Translations under genes and position numbers: made by a program
Shown here: one piece after another, positions 20,137 to 31,952 of the stretch
Layout: each line of letters begins with the position of its first letter
Position numbering within the stretch: the first letter of the stretch is position 1
The notes under the pieces: model-generated
Databases searched by the model: none
What the model was told of the DNA's origin: nothing
Seen by the model: only the letters and a program-made list of their open reading frames with translations
Assembly (NCBI GenBank): GCA_963785305.1
Contig: CAWAUV010000005.1
Coordinates: 128,001-192,000 of the forward strand
Direction: 5' to 3'
Source: an uncultured Planctomycetaceae bacterium
Lineage (GTDB): Bacteria > Planctomycetota > Planctomycetia > Pirellulales > PALSA-1355
Length of the DNA stretch: 64,000 nucleotides

Positions 20137-23100
20137 TTAAGAGCAGGCGGCGCCCGCTCGGCGGCGCAGCGCCCACCATGCGACGAGCCCCGTGAGCCCG
20201 AGTCCGGCCAAGGCGAAAGCGCCGGGTTCGGGCACCGCGGTCACGGTGAGCACCACGTTGTAGCCGCTCGCTCCCTGATTGTATTGCAGCGAGTAGCCGA
20301 TGCCGTTGCTTGTGCCGGTGAGGCCGCCGGCGAAGGCGCCGGTGAGGTTCGAGGGATCGATGATCGTGAACTTATCGCCCACCAGCACCGTGCCATCTTG
20401 CGTGAGCGAGAGACTGGCGAAGTTCGTGCCCAGGACCACCGTGCCGGTCGGCACATTCAGATAATCGGCGGTGCTGGTCACGGCCTGCGAAGTGGCGTGG
20501 CTCAAATCAAGGGCCAGGGTCGAGCCGCTGCTGAACGTGATCGCATTGTTCGTGGCGCTGGTGGCGGTGAGCGTGAGCGCTTGGGCCAGCGAGGCGCCGG
20601 CGCCCTCGGCCCCGAAGCCGGGCGACAATGTTCCGGCGATCACGACGTTTTTGCCGCTGGCCAGATAAATCGAGCCATCGCCGCCCAGCCCGGCGCCGGC
20701 GGCGACGGTGAAATTGTTTGCCGTGAACGAGGAGGCCGAGCCGAGGGAGCCATCGACATACAGCGTGCCGGCGGTCACGCTCGTGGCGCCGGTGTAGGTA
20801 TTGGCGCCGGTGAGCGTCGCGGCGCCGGAACTAATTTGACTCACCGCGCCGGCGCCGGAAATAACATTGGAGACAAGCAGGGCATTATCGCCACGATTGA
20901 AGGCGAGCGTGCCACTGTCCGCGACCGTTCCGCCGACGCTAATGGTTCCGGTCGCGCCGTTGTTTCCAATCTGAAGCGTCGATCCTCCGTTGATTGTCAC
21001 TGGGCCGGTGAAAGTGTTCGTGCCGGCGAATGTCGTTACGCCGGCGCCCTCGACCGTGATCGAATTGCCGCTGCTGATAAGATTCGCGTCGATCAACAAC
21101 TGCGAATTCGCGGAGCCGGCGGCGACATTGAGCACGGTGGACGACTGCACCCAAACGTTCGTGGCGGAGATCGTGGCCGTGGTGGCGCCCGGATTCGTTA
21201 CGGTAATCGTCTCGGCTCCGTTGCCAAAGAACGAGTAATTGCCATTGGCGTCGCCCGTGTTGCCGGCGACGTTGGTCAGGACGCCACCTCCGTTGAAGGT
21301 GATGCTAGGCATCGTCACGCGATAGGCGCCGGCCAAGTCGGTGATCGTGCCTCCATTGACGGTGATCAACGACGGCGCGTTGGTCGCGCCGTAGCCGAAC
21401 GAATCCGCGGCGCCGCCAACAAGCGTGCCGGCCGCATTTACCGTCACGGGCCCGATGCCGAGGGAAGTCGTGCCGCCGCCCGTGTGGCTGATGAGCGACC
21501 CGGCATTGATCGTGAGCCCGCCGGTGAAAGTGTTGGCGGTATTGAGGGTGGTCGAGCCGGCGCCGTTTTGCACGACCGCGCCGGCGCCGGAGATCACGCC
21601 GCTATAGGAATAGGCGGTGTCGGTGCGGTTGAAGACGAGGCTCGCGCCGCTGGCCAGCACGACGTTGCTCGTGCCCAGAGCGCCGGTCGCGCCGCCGATA
21701 GCGCCCACTTGCAGCGAGCCAATGTTGACATCGTAGGCGCCGCTGGTGGTGTTGAGCCCGGTAAGAATCAAGGAGCTGGCGTTGATGTTCGTGATGCCGG
21801 TGTATGTGTTCGCGCCGGCGAGCGTGACGGCGCCGGGGCCATCTTTATTGAATCCGATCACGGCGCTGCCGTTGTTGACGATCGGCGTGGCGATCGTCAG
21901 GCCGGCGGCCGTGTTGTTTTGAATCACGGTCAGGTCCGTGCCATTGCCGCTGGTGAGACTTGTGCCGCCGGAAAACGCGGCGGCGTTGGCGCCGACATTC
22001 GCGGTTTCTAGAATGCCGCCCGAGCCGACGACAAAAGCGCCATTGAGCGTCGCCGTGACCGCGGCGGGGTTGTTGAAGCGGAAGGAATCGACGCTGTTGG
22101 TGGCGGTGAAGGTTCCGCCCGTGGTGGCGTCGAAATCGGAGTTGGTGGTCGAGGTGCTATAGTCGGCGACATACGATCCCGAGGCGAGGGCGCCGATCGT
22201 GAAGGGCCCGATTCCCGCGCCGCTCGTGGCCCAGGTGGTTCCGCCCACGGTGGCATAGTCGCCCAAGATATTATTCGCGCCCCCGCCGACATTGGTGGTC
22301 GTGACGCCGCCGGAGGTGGGCAATGTGAAATCGACGGATGCGCCACATTGCGCGTGATAGCGCCCAAGTCGAGCGTCACGCTCGTTGCGCCGTTTTGATT
22401 CACCACGATCGACGACGCCCCGCTGCCGAGTTTCGTGCCGATCGCGCTGAAATCTTGCAAGTTCGTCTGTCCGCTCGCGCCCGTGACGACCAGCGATCCG
22501 CCGCCGAGCGTCAACCCCGAGGTGGCGGTGAGCATCGAAGCATTGCTGCCCGGCGCCGAGGTTTGGCTATAGTCGAGCGTGAGCGAGCCGGAGTTGATCG
22601 TCGTGGGGCCGGAATAACTGCTGGCGGCGCCGATCGAAAGGCCGCTTGTTCCCGAGATGGTGAGGCCCGCGGCGCCGGTGATTGGGCCATCGACAACCAG
22701 CGGCCCGGTTCCGCCCGTGGCGACCGAGATCGTCGAGCCCGCTGTCGGGCTCAAGGTCACGCCGCCGGTTCCCATGGTGAGCGAGTTCGAGCCCTTCCAG
22801 GTGAAGTTAGCGGTCCACGTTTCCGTCGCGGAGCTCGAAAGCGACACGGCCGAGCCGTTTGTATTGTCGAGCGCGGCCTCCGGAGATCGTGAGCGAGGGA
22901 GCGCTGCCCAGGGCCCCGGCCGTGTTGAGCGCGAGGGTTCCACCCGAGAGCGTGACGGCGCCGGAGCCGAGCGTGCCGGCGCCGGAGAGAATGAGCGTGC
23001 CCCCGGCGATGGTCGTGGTTCCGCCGTAGCTGTTGGCGCCGGTCAGCGTGAGCGCGGCGGTGCTCGCGGCCGAAAGTGTGAGCGAGCCCGAGTCGGTGAT

Positions 23101-24517
23101 CGATCCGGCGAAGGCGCCCGCGGCGGTTTGATTGATCGTGAGGCCGACCGGATTGTTGAGCACGGCGGTGTTTGTGCCCGAAGAGGCGGTCGAGAGCGTG
23201 CCACTGAGCGAGCCGATGGTCGTGGCGCCGCCGGTGTAGAGATCGAGCGTCACGGCGGTGGCAACGCCGGTGTTGACGTTGTTCAAAACAACCGGGCCGC
23301 CGGCGCCTAGCGCCGCCGCGCTGCCGGCGACCAGCGTGCCCGCGTCGACCTGGACGCCCCCGGTAAAGGTGTTGGCGCCGGTGAGCTCCATCACGCCCAG
23401 GCCGGTCTTATCGATGCCGGAGCCATTGAAGTTTTGCAAAATCGACGACACGACCAGATCATAGGTGGCCGTGCCGCGAGCGACCTGAAACCCCTCCAAA
23501 CCGGCTCCGTTGCCGTGCTGGAGCCCGATGGACTTGGCGCTGATGACCGCGGTGCTCGAACCGGGATTTTGCACGACGACCGTGGTTCCCAAGAGCGAGA
23601 AGTTGCCGCTGCCATCGCCATTGTTGCCGGCGACGCTGGTCAAAGTGCCGCCGCCATTGAACACGATATTGCCCAGCGTGGTGCGATAATTGCTCGTTCC
23701 CAGGTCGGTGAGCGTGCCGCCGCCGTTGATGGTGATCGTTCCGGTGTAGGGCAGCGAATCTTGACCGCCCGCGATCAGTGTTCCGCCCGAGTTGATCGTG
23801 ACCGAGCCGGTCCCCACGCTCGTGGCGCCGCCGCCGGTGGTCGAGATCATCGTGCCGCCACTATTGATCGTAAGCCCGCCGGTGAATGTGTTCAACGCGC
23901 CAAACGACCATGTGCCGCCATTGATCGCGAGGGCCAGCGATCCGCCCGCGCCGCCGCCGTTGGCGATCACTCCGCTCAGCATATTGGTGGCCGTGCTCGT
24001 GCCGGTGAGCGTGAGCGTCGTGGCGCTTGTGACGCTCGAGGCGAGACTCACGCCGTTGGCGATGGTCAACGCCGACGAGGAATCGTTCGTCCAAGCCTGC
24101 GCCTGTCAAACTCAGCGCCACATTCTTCGTGCCGCCGATTGTCACCGCGCCGGCGCCCGAGGCGAGATTGACGCCGTCGACCCCCAGGGTCAAGATTTCA
24201 TTGCCGGCGCCGCCCGAGAGCGCGGTCGTGCTGGGGTTGTAGAAATACAGACCGAGCGCCGTTTGATTAGCATCGAGCGTCACGGTTTCGGCGTTGCTGA
24301 TCGCCCCGGTCGCGTCGTTGAAGAACACATCGCTGGTCGCCGTGGGAACCGTGCCGAGCGACCAGTTGGTCGCCGTGTTCCAGGAACTCGAGGCCGAACT
24401 TCCCCAGTTGTCGGCCGTGCCGGTGGGCGTGGTCAACGTTTGGGCGGATGCCGTGGCCGCGATGGACCACGCAATCACGAGGCCGATGCAAGCAGATGGG
24501 GTTGGCGATCTTCGCAT
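20137..24517 (-). CDS. Large autotransporter-associated beta-strand-repeat adhesin with PEP-CTERM anchor (three frameshifts)
   Basis: Signal peptide; many G.G.LTL.G.NTYTG.T repeats; VPEPGAFALAGLGLTGLVAWWALRRR. Confidence 0.9.
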
Positions 24518-24741
24518 GGGCAATGCGTGCTTGTGGTCGAATGGACGTCGTTCGCGGTCCGTGGGGCAATGGTTCCACAATCGATACCGCCGGCGGTTGC
24601 CCGCAATAATCAGATCGACCCCGGCATTGTTGAGATTAGTTAGGCCGGAAATGATGGTCAAGCAGATTGAACCGGATTTTCCAAAGTTCGGCCGAGATTG
24701 GCGCGAATGTTTTCGACGCCCCCAAGAGTCGCGCTCGCCCA

Positions 24742-25341
24742 TCACGATTCCGGAGGCGATTCGCGAACGAGCCGGCTGATCGTTTTGAAGGCGGGCGTGC
24801 CCGCGACTCGCACCCATTCAAAGAGCGCCGCTTCGGTCGTGGTGAGCGAGGCGCCGCAGGAGTCCATCCGCCGGAGCGCCGTCTGGCAATCGAGCTCGCC
24901 GCGCGAGCCCACGGCGTCGACCGCCACGTAAACCCGAAAACCGGCCGACATGAGATCGAGCACCGTCTGCTGAATGCACACATGGGCCTCGATGCCCACG
25001 ACAAGCACCTTATGCCGCTGCTGGGCATCGAGGGCGGTAATGATTTCCTCGCACTCCGCGCAGCTAAAGGCCAGCTTCGGCAGCGGCGACGCCAACCGCG
25101 GCGCCAGTTCGGGCGTCGTCGGCCCGAGTCCGTCCGGGTATTGCTCGGTGGCAAACACCGGCACCCCCAGGGCCTCGGCCCCCTCGAGCAGGCGGCGAAT
25201 GTTCCACGCGATCGACGCCTGATTCGGCACGAGCGCGAGCAACTTGGTTTGCACATCGACCACCAGCAGCGCGGTGTCGGTGGCGTTCATCAGTTCGGGG
25301 CTACGGACTTTGGCTCGGAAGGTGGAACTTTCGGTGCTCAT
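24742..25341 (-). CDS. Isochorismatase-family hydrolase (YcaC/ISOC-like)
   Basis: LLVVDVQ, TEQYPDGLG.T, K..FSC, GIEAHVCIQQT. Confidence 0.92.
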   Translation of the reverse strand: MSTESSTFRAKVRSPELMNATDTALLVVDVQTKLLALVPNQASIAWNIRRLLEGAEALGVPVFATEQYPDGLGPTTPELAPRLASPLPKLAFSCAECEEIITALDAQQRHKVLVVGIEAHVCIQQTVLDLMSAGFRVYVAVDAVGSRGELDCQTALRRMDSCGASLTTTEAALFEWVRVAGTPAFKTISRLVRESPPES

Positions 25342-25484
25342 GGCTCCTAGCATAGCAGGCTACCGGCTGGACCCATAGCGTCGCCCCATTGGGACCATCG
25401 ACTTCAGGCCCGCGGTATTGATCGACCCACGGGGGCGGACGGCGGACGGCTCGTTATATGTCATGGAAACACGCCGCCGGCCGC

Positions 25485-26858
25485 TCAATGCCCCGCCGCG
25501 CGGTCGGGGGCTTGCGGCGCCGCTTCGATTTCGCCGCGGAGCAGTTTGCCGCCCATGCCGGTGAGCCAGAGGTAGTGGTCGCTGGGCAGACCCTCGAAGG
25601 TGAGGAATTCGTTTTCGCCCACCGGAGGGTTATTGTCGCATTTGAAGATCGCGGTGCCTTCGTCCACTTCGTCGAACATCGCTTGGTAGAGCATCGTGGC
25701 GCCGGCGCGCTTGGCCCATACATACTGCCGCCAAAGGAATTCGCCCTTGAGCCGCGGAATGCCGTGGCCCTTCGAATCGGGGTTCATGTTCTGCCAGCTA
25801 AAACCCGGGAACAGCACCGGCATGTATTCCTTGCCATGTTCCTGGCACCACGCCAGATCGGGCTGCCAGAACCGCACCGCGTGTCGTTCGACCGTGTCCA
25901 GGCTGTAGTATCGGCCCACGGTCCAAGGACTCACGATGTCGGCCTTCAGCAGCGTGGAGTGCAGCGCGGGATCGGCGATGCAGTCGAGGTTCAGCGTCCG
26001 CCAGCCGGTGGGCACTCCGAGCATCACGGTGGCGCCGCCATATTTCGGATCGTTTTTAAGAAACTCGATCAGGGCGTCGCACTCTTCGAGCGTGTAGCGG
26101 CGGCCATCGTTGAAGCCGATACCCCATATCGCGACCACCGGCTTGCCGCGATGATGCAAATAGGCTCGGTCGCCCGGGTCGCGGCCAATTCGCATGCGGT
26201 CGACGAGGAGCTTCCAATCGTCGATCACTTGCCGGGCGCCGCCGGGGCCCAGGCCCGAGAGGTCGTACATCACGGCGTAGCACCGGCCGAATTCGTTGGC
26301 CCCGGCGCGGCAGTTGGCGAGAATCGTGTTGCAGTGCCTGAGGTCGAGCACGTTGCGCGTGCTCACGGCGAATCGTTGGATGAAGGCGCCATCGATACCG
26401 TATTGCTGCATCCAATGGAAATGGCGGGCGACCGTCTTTGGATTGTGGGAGCTAAACACCTGGGCCACGCTGCCATCGGCCCGTTGGAAGGGCGTGGGAT
26501 AGCGTTCGTCGTGGTCGAGCTCGCTCACATCGGGCCAGAGATCGATTTTGCAGCGGCCGGGTCGAAAGTCGGGCCCGGCGCCGTAGTGACCCCAGCCGCG
26601 GCCCGAGGCGTCGTAGGGAGTGGTAAACCAGCCCTGATAGCCGGCCATCACTTTGCCGGTGAGCGTCGAGCGATCGACCACATCGGCCGATGGCCCAGAG
26701 TAGGGGCGCATTTCGCGAGTTACTTCCTCGAACGTCGGATCGGCCAGAGCGGCGCCGGCGCCAGCAACGATGAGCAAGACGGCGGCCGCCTTCGCGGCCA
26801 GCGGCGCCCAGCAGCGAGCATCGGCCGGGCGAAGCCCGAATCGAAAGCGAAAACACAT
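25485..26858 (-). CDS. Secreted glycoside hydrolase, GH71/99-like
   Basis: GKVMAGYQGWF, HFHWMQQYGIDG.F.QRF, MYDLSG, FPGFSW, AMFDEVDEGTAIFK. Confidence 0.85.
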   Translation of the reverse strand: MCFRFRFGLRPADARCWAPLAAKAAAVLLIVAGAGAALADPTFEEVTREMRPYSGPSADVVDRSTLTGKVMAGYQGWFTTPYDASGRGWGHYGAGPDFRPGRCKIDLWPDVSELDHDERYPTPFQRADGSVAQVFSSHNPKTVARHFHWMQQYGIDGAFIQRFAVSTRNVLDLRHCNTILANCRAGANEFGRCYAVMYDLSGLGPGGARQVIDDWKLLVDRMRIGRDPGDRAYLHHRGKPVVAIWGIGFNDGRRYTLEECDALIEFLKNDPKYGGATVMLGVPTGWRTLNLDCIADPALHSTLLKADIVSPWTVGRYYSLDTVERHAVRFWQPDLAWCQEHGKEYMPVLFPGFSWQNMNPDSKGHGIPRLKGEFLWRQYVWAKRAGATMLYQAMFDEVDEGTAIFKCDNNPPVGENEFLTFEGLPSDHYLWLTGMGGKLLRGEIEAAPQAPDRAAGH

Positions 26859-27426
26859 GAAAAATCTCGTGGCTGGCCAGGGTGGGAGTACAAGAGCCTC
26901 ACCTTCCCAGCTCCCCAACGGGGAGAGGGGAGAGTTGTCGGATAGGCTCTAAATCGGCCTAAAACATGCGCGTGGGGCGAGTGGCGTGGTTTCGGCCCGA
27001 ATCTGTATCATACTTGGAGCAGTCGCGGTTTCGATCTATTCGGAGGGATCTCGCCGACGGAATTCGCGGGTCGCCTCTTCCGCCGCTTCGTTTCGAGCCA
27101 CCCCCCTGAATGGCTGCGCGAAAAAAGGCCCCAAACTGGCCTATCCGGGACTTTCCCCTGGCTCTAAGATAAGATGCTCCGCCTTCCCGGCTGCCGACGA
27201 CCGTTGTCCGCGGTGGAAGCTGGCCGCCGCTAGCAGTGGGTTCGCCGCGGTTTCGAGGTGATCCCGCGAGCCCGGCCCCGACGGAATGTCAGGAACTTTC
27301 TCCTGGCGCCCTCCGTAATAAATGATGCTTTCGCTGGCGATGCCATTAGCTCGGGGCGGGAGCTTATCGTGACTCAAACGGATCGATGCCCTTTTTCGCG
27401 TTCGGATCTTGGTGAGGTTCTTGACC

Positions 27427-29516
27427 ATGGAACTGGCTAAACTGCGTAATATCGGTATTTCCGCCCACATCGACTCCGGCAAGACCACGCTCAGCGAGCG
27501 CATCTTGTTCTACGCCGGCCGCATTCACCGCATCAACGAGGTGAAGGGCGATGGCGACGGGGCGACCATGGACTACATGGACCTTGAGCGCGAGCGCGGC
27601 ATCACGATTACCAGCGCCGCCACCAGCGTCGAATGGAAGGGCCATCCGATCAATCTGATCGACACGCCGGGCCACGTCGATTTCACGGTCGAGGTCGAGC
27701 GCAGCTTGCGCGTGCTCGACGGCGCGGTGCTCGTGTTGTGTGGCGTGGGCGGCGTGCAAAGCCAGTCGCTCACGGTCGATCGCCAGATGAAGCGCTATCA
27801 TGTGCCGCGGTTGGCGTTTATCAATAAAATGGACCGCACCGGCGCCAATTGCGAAAAGGTCGTGAACCAAGTGCGCGACAAAATGGGCGCCGACGCGGTG
27901 CTCATGCAATGGCCGATCGGCAAGGAAGAAAATTTCGAAGGCGTGATCGATCTGATCACGATGAAAGCCTACTACTTCGACGGCGCGAAAGGCGAGACGG
28001 TGCGCGAGGAGGAAATCCCCGCCGCGCTCGTGAACGACGCCAAGGCCGCGCGGCACAAAATGCTCGACCGGTTGTCGATGTATAGCGACGAGCTGATGGA
28101 GCTGCTGCTCTCGGAAGAGCCGGCGCCCGAGGCCCTGCTGCACAATGTGATTCGCCAAGCGGTGCAGGAGCAGGACTTCACCCCGGTTTACATGGGCACC
28201 GCCTATCGGAACAAGGGCGTGCAGCTTTTGCTCGACGCGGTGACTCGCTATTTGCCCTCGCCGCTCGATCGGCCGGTGAAAGCGAAGCAGTGGGACAAGC
28301 CCGACGAAGCGTTCGCGCTTGAGCCCGATCCGACCAAGCCGTTTGTCGGCATGGCGTTCAAGATCGTGGAAGATCCGTTCGGCCAGTTGACCTTCTTGCG
28401 TATCTACCAAGGCACGATCAAGAAGGGCGAAATGTATTTCAACCAGCGCACCGATCAAAAGCAGCGATTCAGCCGCATTGTGAAGATGCACGCCGACAAG
28501 CGCGAGGAAATCGACTCGGCCTCGGCGGGCGATATCGTGGCGATCATGGGCATCGACTGCGCGAGCGGCGATACCTACGCCAGCGAGCGCGGCTATGCAC
28601 GCTGGAAAACATGTTCGTGCCCGAGCCGGTTATCAAGATGGCCGTGGCGCCGGTGGGCCGCGAGGGGGCCGACAAGCTGGGCAAGGCGCTCAATCGCTTC
28701 CGCAAGGAAGACCCGACCTTCCGAGTGATGACCGACGAAGAAACCTCGGAAACGGTGATCGCCGGCATGGGCGAATTGCATCTGGAAATCTACGTCGAAC
28801 GCATTCGCCGCGAATACGGCGTCGAGGTGGAAGTCGGCGCGCCCAAGGTCAGCTACCGCGAAGCGCCGACGAAGCCCGCCGAATACGACTTCAAACACAA
28901 GAAGCAGACCGGCGGCTCCGGCCAATATGCCCATATCAAGGGCAAGTTCGAGCCGCTTCCGGAAGACAGCGAGGAGAACTTCATCTTCGAGGATAAAGTC
29001 GTCGGCGGTCGCATTCCGCGCGAATACATTCCGAGCGTCGAGAAGGGATTCCGCGATTCGATGAACAAGGGCCCCTTGGCCGAGTTCCCGATCGTGGGCG
29101 TCAAGACCGTGCTCGAAGATGGTTCGTACCACGATGTCGATAGCTCGGACATGGCGTTTCAAACCTGTGCCCGAGGCTGCTTCCGCGAGACGTTCCTCAA
29201 GACGAAGCCGGTGCTGCTCGAGCCGATCATGAAGGTCGAGATCGAAGTGCCGACTCAGTTTCAAGGTCCCGTGGCGGGTGAGCTCAACAGTCGCCGCGGT
29301 CTGATCGTGTCGACCGAGCTCAATGGGACGGTCGCGCAAATCGAGGCCGAAGTGCCGCTGGCCGAAACCTTCGGCTACTCGACCGATCTGCGCAGCATGA
29401 CCCAGGGTCAGGGCACCTTCACGATGGAGTTTTCCAAGTACCGCAAGGTGCCGGGAAATATCCAGGAAGAGATCATCGCCGAAAAGAAGAAGCAGCAGCT
29501 TGTGGGCGCCAAGTAA
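27427..29516 (+). CDS. fusA: Elongation factor G (stand-alone copy; frameshift near 28600)
   Basis: AHIDSGKTT, ERGITITSAA, DTPGHVDF, NKMD, GMGELHL, KQTGGSGQY. Confidence 0.97.
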
Positions 29517-29626
29517 TTGCTTCGCGCGGCGCCCGGGGCCACCTTCATGAAGAAGCAATCGTCTCTGGGCGGTCGGGATTGTCTCGCGCCGTCCGGCGAC
29601 TTTCGCTCCTAGCGTCGCATATCCCA

Positions 29627-30964
29627 TTAGCGCGGCGGCGGCGGGTAAGAGCGTCGCGCGCTGGGGCCCAGCATCGGTCCGGCGTCGTCGGCCGGAGGCG
29701 CTGCATTTCCCGTCGACGACCCGCCCGCGGCGCTGCTGGCCGCGGGAGCGTTGGGATAGATGATCGGCGTTATGCTGGCCGAGGGCGCCAAATTGTTCAC
29801 GCTCGCCGCGGATGTTCCCGGCGGCGAAGCATTGGATGGTGTCGATGGCGTTGTCTCGTCGGCCCCCACCACCGCGGTCGCGTTCGATCCGTCGCCGGCT
29901 TGCGGGGCGACTTCGGGTGAGCCCATTTCCGCCACCGAGGAGACCGTGGGCATTGCCCTAGCGGTCGGCGCGAAGGGATACGCCGCGGTCGGCGCTGTCG
30001 CCGTCAAGTTGCTCGCGGGCAAAGCGCGGCGGTCGGCCGTTTGCGCCGCCGGCGCGGCGCTGGCGTCGCCAACCGAATCGCCGGCCGAGTCGCCCGTGGG
30101 CGCAATTGCTACCGGGCTCGCGGAGCTGTTCCGACTTGCCAAAGCGCTGGCTTCGACGCCCGGATGCAGCTTGGCGACCCAAGTCCGCGCGGCCTCGAAC
30201 GACGGATCGATCGCGAGCGCGGCCTGGAACTCGGCATCGGCGGCTGCTTGTTCGCCCTTTCGCCAGAGCAGATATCCGAGATTGTAATGTCCGACGGGGG
30301 CGCCGTTGGCGGCGATAAGCTGTTCGAGCGCGGCCGAATTTTGATTCATTTCGACCAGGACCGAAGCAAGATTGTTGCGAAACAATGGTCGGTCGGGTTG
30401 AAGCTCGATCGCTTTCCGAAACGCCTTGGCCGATTCCGGCAACATGGCGCGGCGATGGTAGCAGAGCCCGAGGTCGTTGTGCAGCTTACCTTCGCGGGGA
30501 GCGATTTCAATCGCGCGTTGATACCAGGCCGTGGCGGCTTCGAGGTTGCCTTGGCGATCTTCCAAATGGCCGAGTCCCTCGACGGCCGGCAGATATTTGT
30601 CGTCGATCTGCAGGGCCTTCTTATACTGCTCGATCGCGTCGTTGAGCTTGCCATTGCGCTCGAGCATGTGGGCCATCGCCACATTCAGGTCGGGCCCGGT
30701 TTTCGTTTTCTTCGAGAGCGCGAGTGGCGCGTCGAGCACCGGATCGATCGTGCGCGGCGTCGTGGCCGCGCTTTTCGAGCTATCGGAAGAAAACCACGAG
30801 GTGACCTTGGCCATGAATGAGGGCTTGGCCGCGGGCGGCGGGGTCGAAGCAACCGGCGCGGCGCCGTTGGGCTTGGAGAGCCCCAGGCTCGAACATCCCG
30901 GCCCGAGCGCGGCCAGAGCCAGCGCGGCGCTGAGAGCCAGAAGATTTGTCGCGCGGCTTGGCAC
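29627..30964 (-). CDS. TPR-repeat lipoprotein with low-complexity C-terminus
   Basis: LGPGC lipobox-like; several TPRs (HNDLGLCY, HYNLGYLL). Confidence 0.85.
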   Translation of the reverse strand: MPSRATNLLALSAALALAALGPGCSSLGLSKPNGAAPVASTPPPAAKPSFMAKVTSWFSSDSSKSAATTPRTIDPVLDAPLALSKKTKTGPDLNVAMAHMLERNGKLNDAIEQYKKALQIDDKYLPAVEGLGHLEDRQGNLEAATAWYQRAIEIAPREGKLHNDLGLCYHRRAMLPESAKAFRKAIELQPDRPLFRNNLASVLVEMNQNSAALEQLIAANGAPVGHYNLGYLLWRKGEQAAADAEFQAALAIDPSFEAARTWVAKLHPGVEASALASRNSSASPVAIAPTGDSAGDSVGDASAAPAAQTADRRALPASNLTATAPTAAYPFAPTARAMPTVSSVAEMGSPEVAPQAGDGSNATAVVGADETTPSTPSNASPPGTSAASVNNLAPSASITPIIYPNAPAASSAAGGSSTGNAAPPADDAGPMLGPSARRSYPPPPR

Positions 30965-31228
30965 TGCCGGTCCTCACCCCAGGGAACTCGAGAGACGGCC
31001 TTCGGGCTACCTCGAAGGCACCCCGATGGGCGGGCCCGGCTGAAAAGCCGGCGTCGGCAAACGACCGGCCCCGCGGAATCGCGGAACATGTCGCCCTAGC
31101 GACCTTCATCGTCCCTGGAGCCGGCGCCGCTTCAGTCCAAGCGTGACGATTCTCTCGCTTCGAGCGGCTGCATGGTTTGGGTAGCTTTTCGGGGCCAGAT
31201 AATCGCTCGCGGCGCCATGCGCGGCGGA

Positions 31229-31816
31229 TTATCGGCCCGCACTGCCGCCGCCGCTGGAGATGGATCCGGCGTTCGTCGATCCGGCGGTGGTGCCGCCCTT
31301 CGAGCCGGCCGGAAGCACTGGCGCCGGCATGCTGTCGAGCGCCGAGCGGCTGATCACATCGACCTGTTCGGCCGGGCGGCCGCGCGTTTCCATGTCGGTT
31401 TCCACCAAGCTGGCCGGCGCGTTTTGCACAAGCTGGGCGTATTTCTGGACCGCCTCGACCCGGGCAAGCGTCTCTTGCGGATCGCCGGCTTTTTGCAAAT
31501 AGACCAAGCGATGCTGCGCCGGCGCCTGGGTCAGAATCCACTTCAGCCGAATCTCGCCGGCGGGAGTGAGCTTTTCGCCATTGGGCGTGAAATGATATTC
31601 GCAAAGCAGGTTTTGCGTGCGCCAGCCGTTTTCGGTCATGGCGGCGAAGTGCGCGGAGACCGATGCCCGGTCTTGCTGAATATAGGGCGAGGGCCAATCC
31701 AGATTGAGGCTGAAGATGCGTTTGCACTTGCCCCAAAATTCGCCCGCCAGCATTGATTGCGGCGTCGCGACGCAAACGCTCATCGCCACCATGCCGCCGA
31801 GAACGAAGCGTCGCAT
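31229..31816 (-). CDS. Secreted hypothetical protein
   Basis: Signal peptide; WPSPY, NGWRTQNLL..YHF. Confidence 0.7.
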   Translation of the reverse strand: MRRFVLGGMVAMSVCVATPQSMLAGEFWGKCKRIFSLNLDWPSPYIQQDRASVSAHFAAMTENGWRTQNLLCEYHFTPNGEKLTPAGEIRLKWILTQAPAQHRLVYLQKAGDPQETLARVEAVQKYAQLVQNAPASLVETDMETRGRPAEQVDVISRSALDSMPAPVLPAGSKGGTTAGSTNAGSISSGGGSAGR

Positions 31817-31952
31817 TCCCTTGCTCCTGATTCGCCCGAGGTGCTCGTGTGCGCGCGGCGCGGCTTCGCGCGGTGTCCGAAAAATTTATCGGCGCAAAAG
31901 CGTCGCGGCTATCGCGCGAGTCGGCGCCAGCGGAGCAATCGGCACAACCGGA

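Noticed and set aside
18711..29516. sthA, fusA and other split genes as true pseudogenes or programmed frameshifts
   Set aside because: Indels are scattered window-wide with otherwise intact conserved sequence; sequencing error is the simpler explanation.
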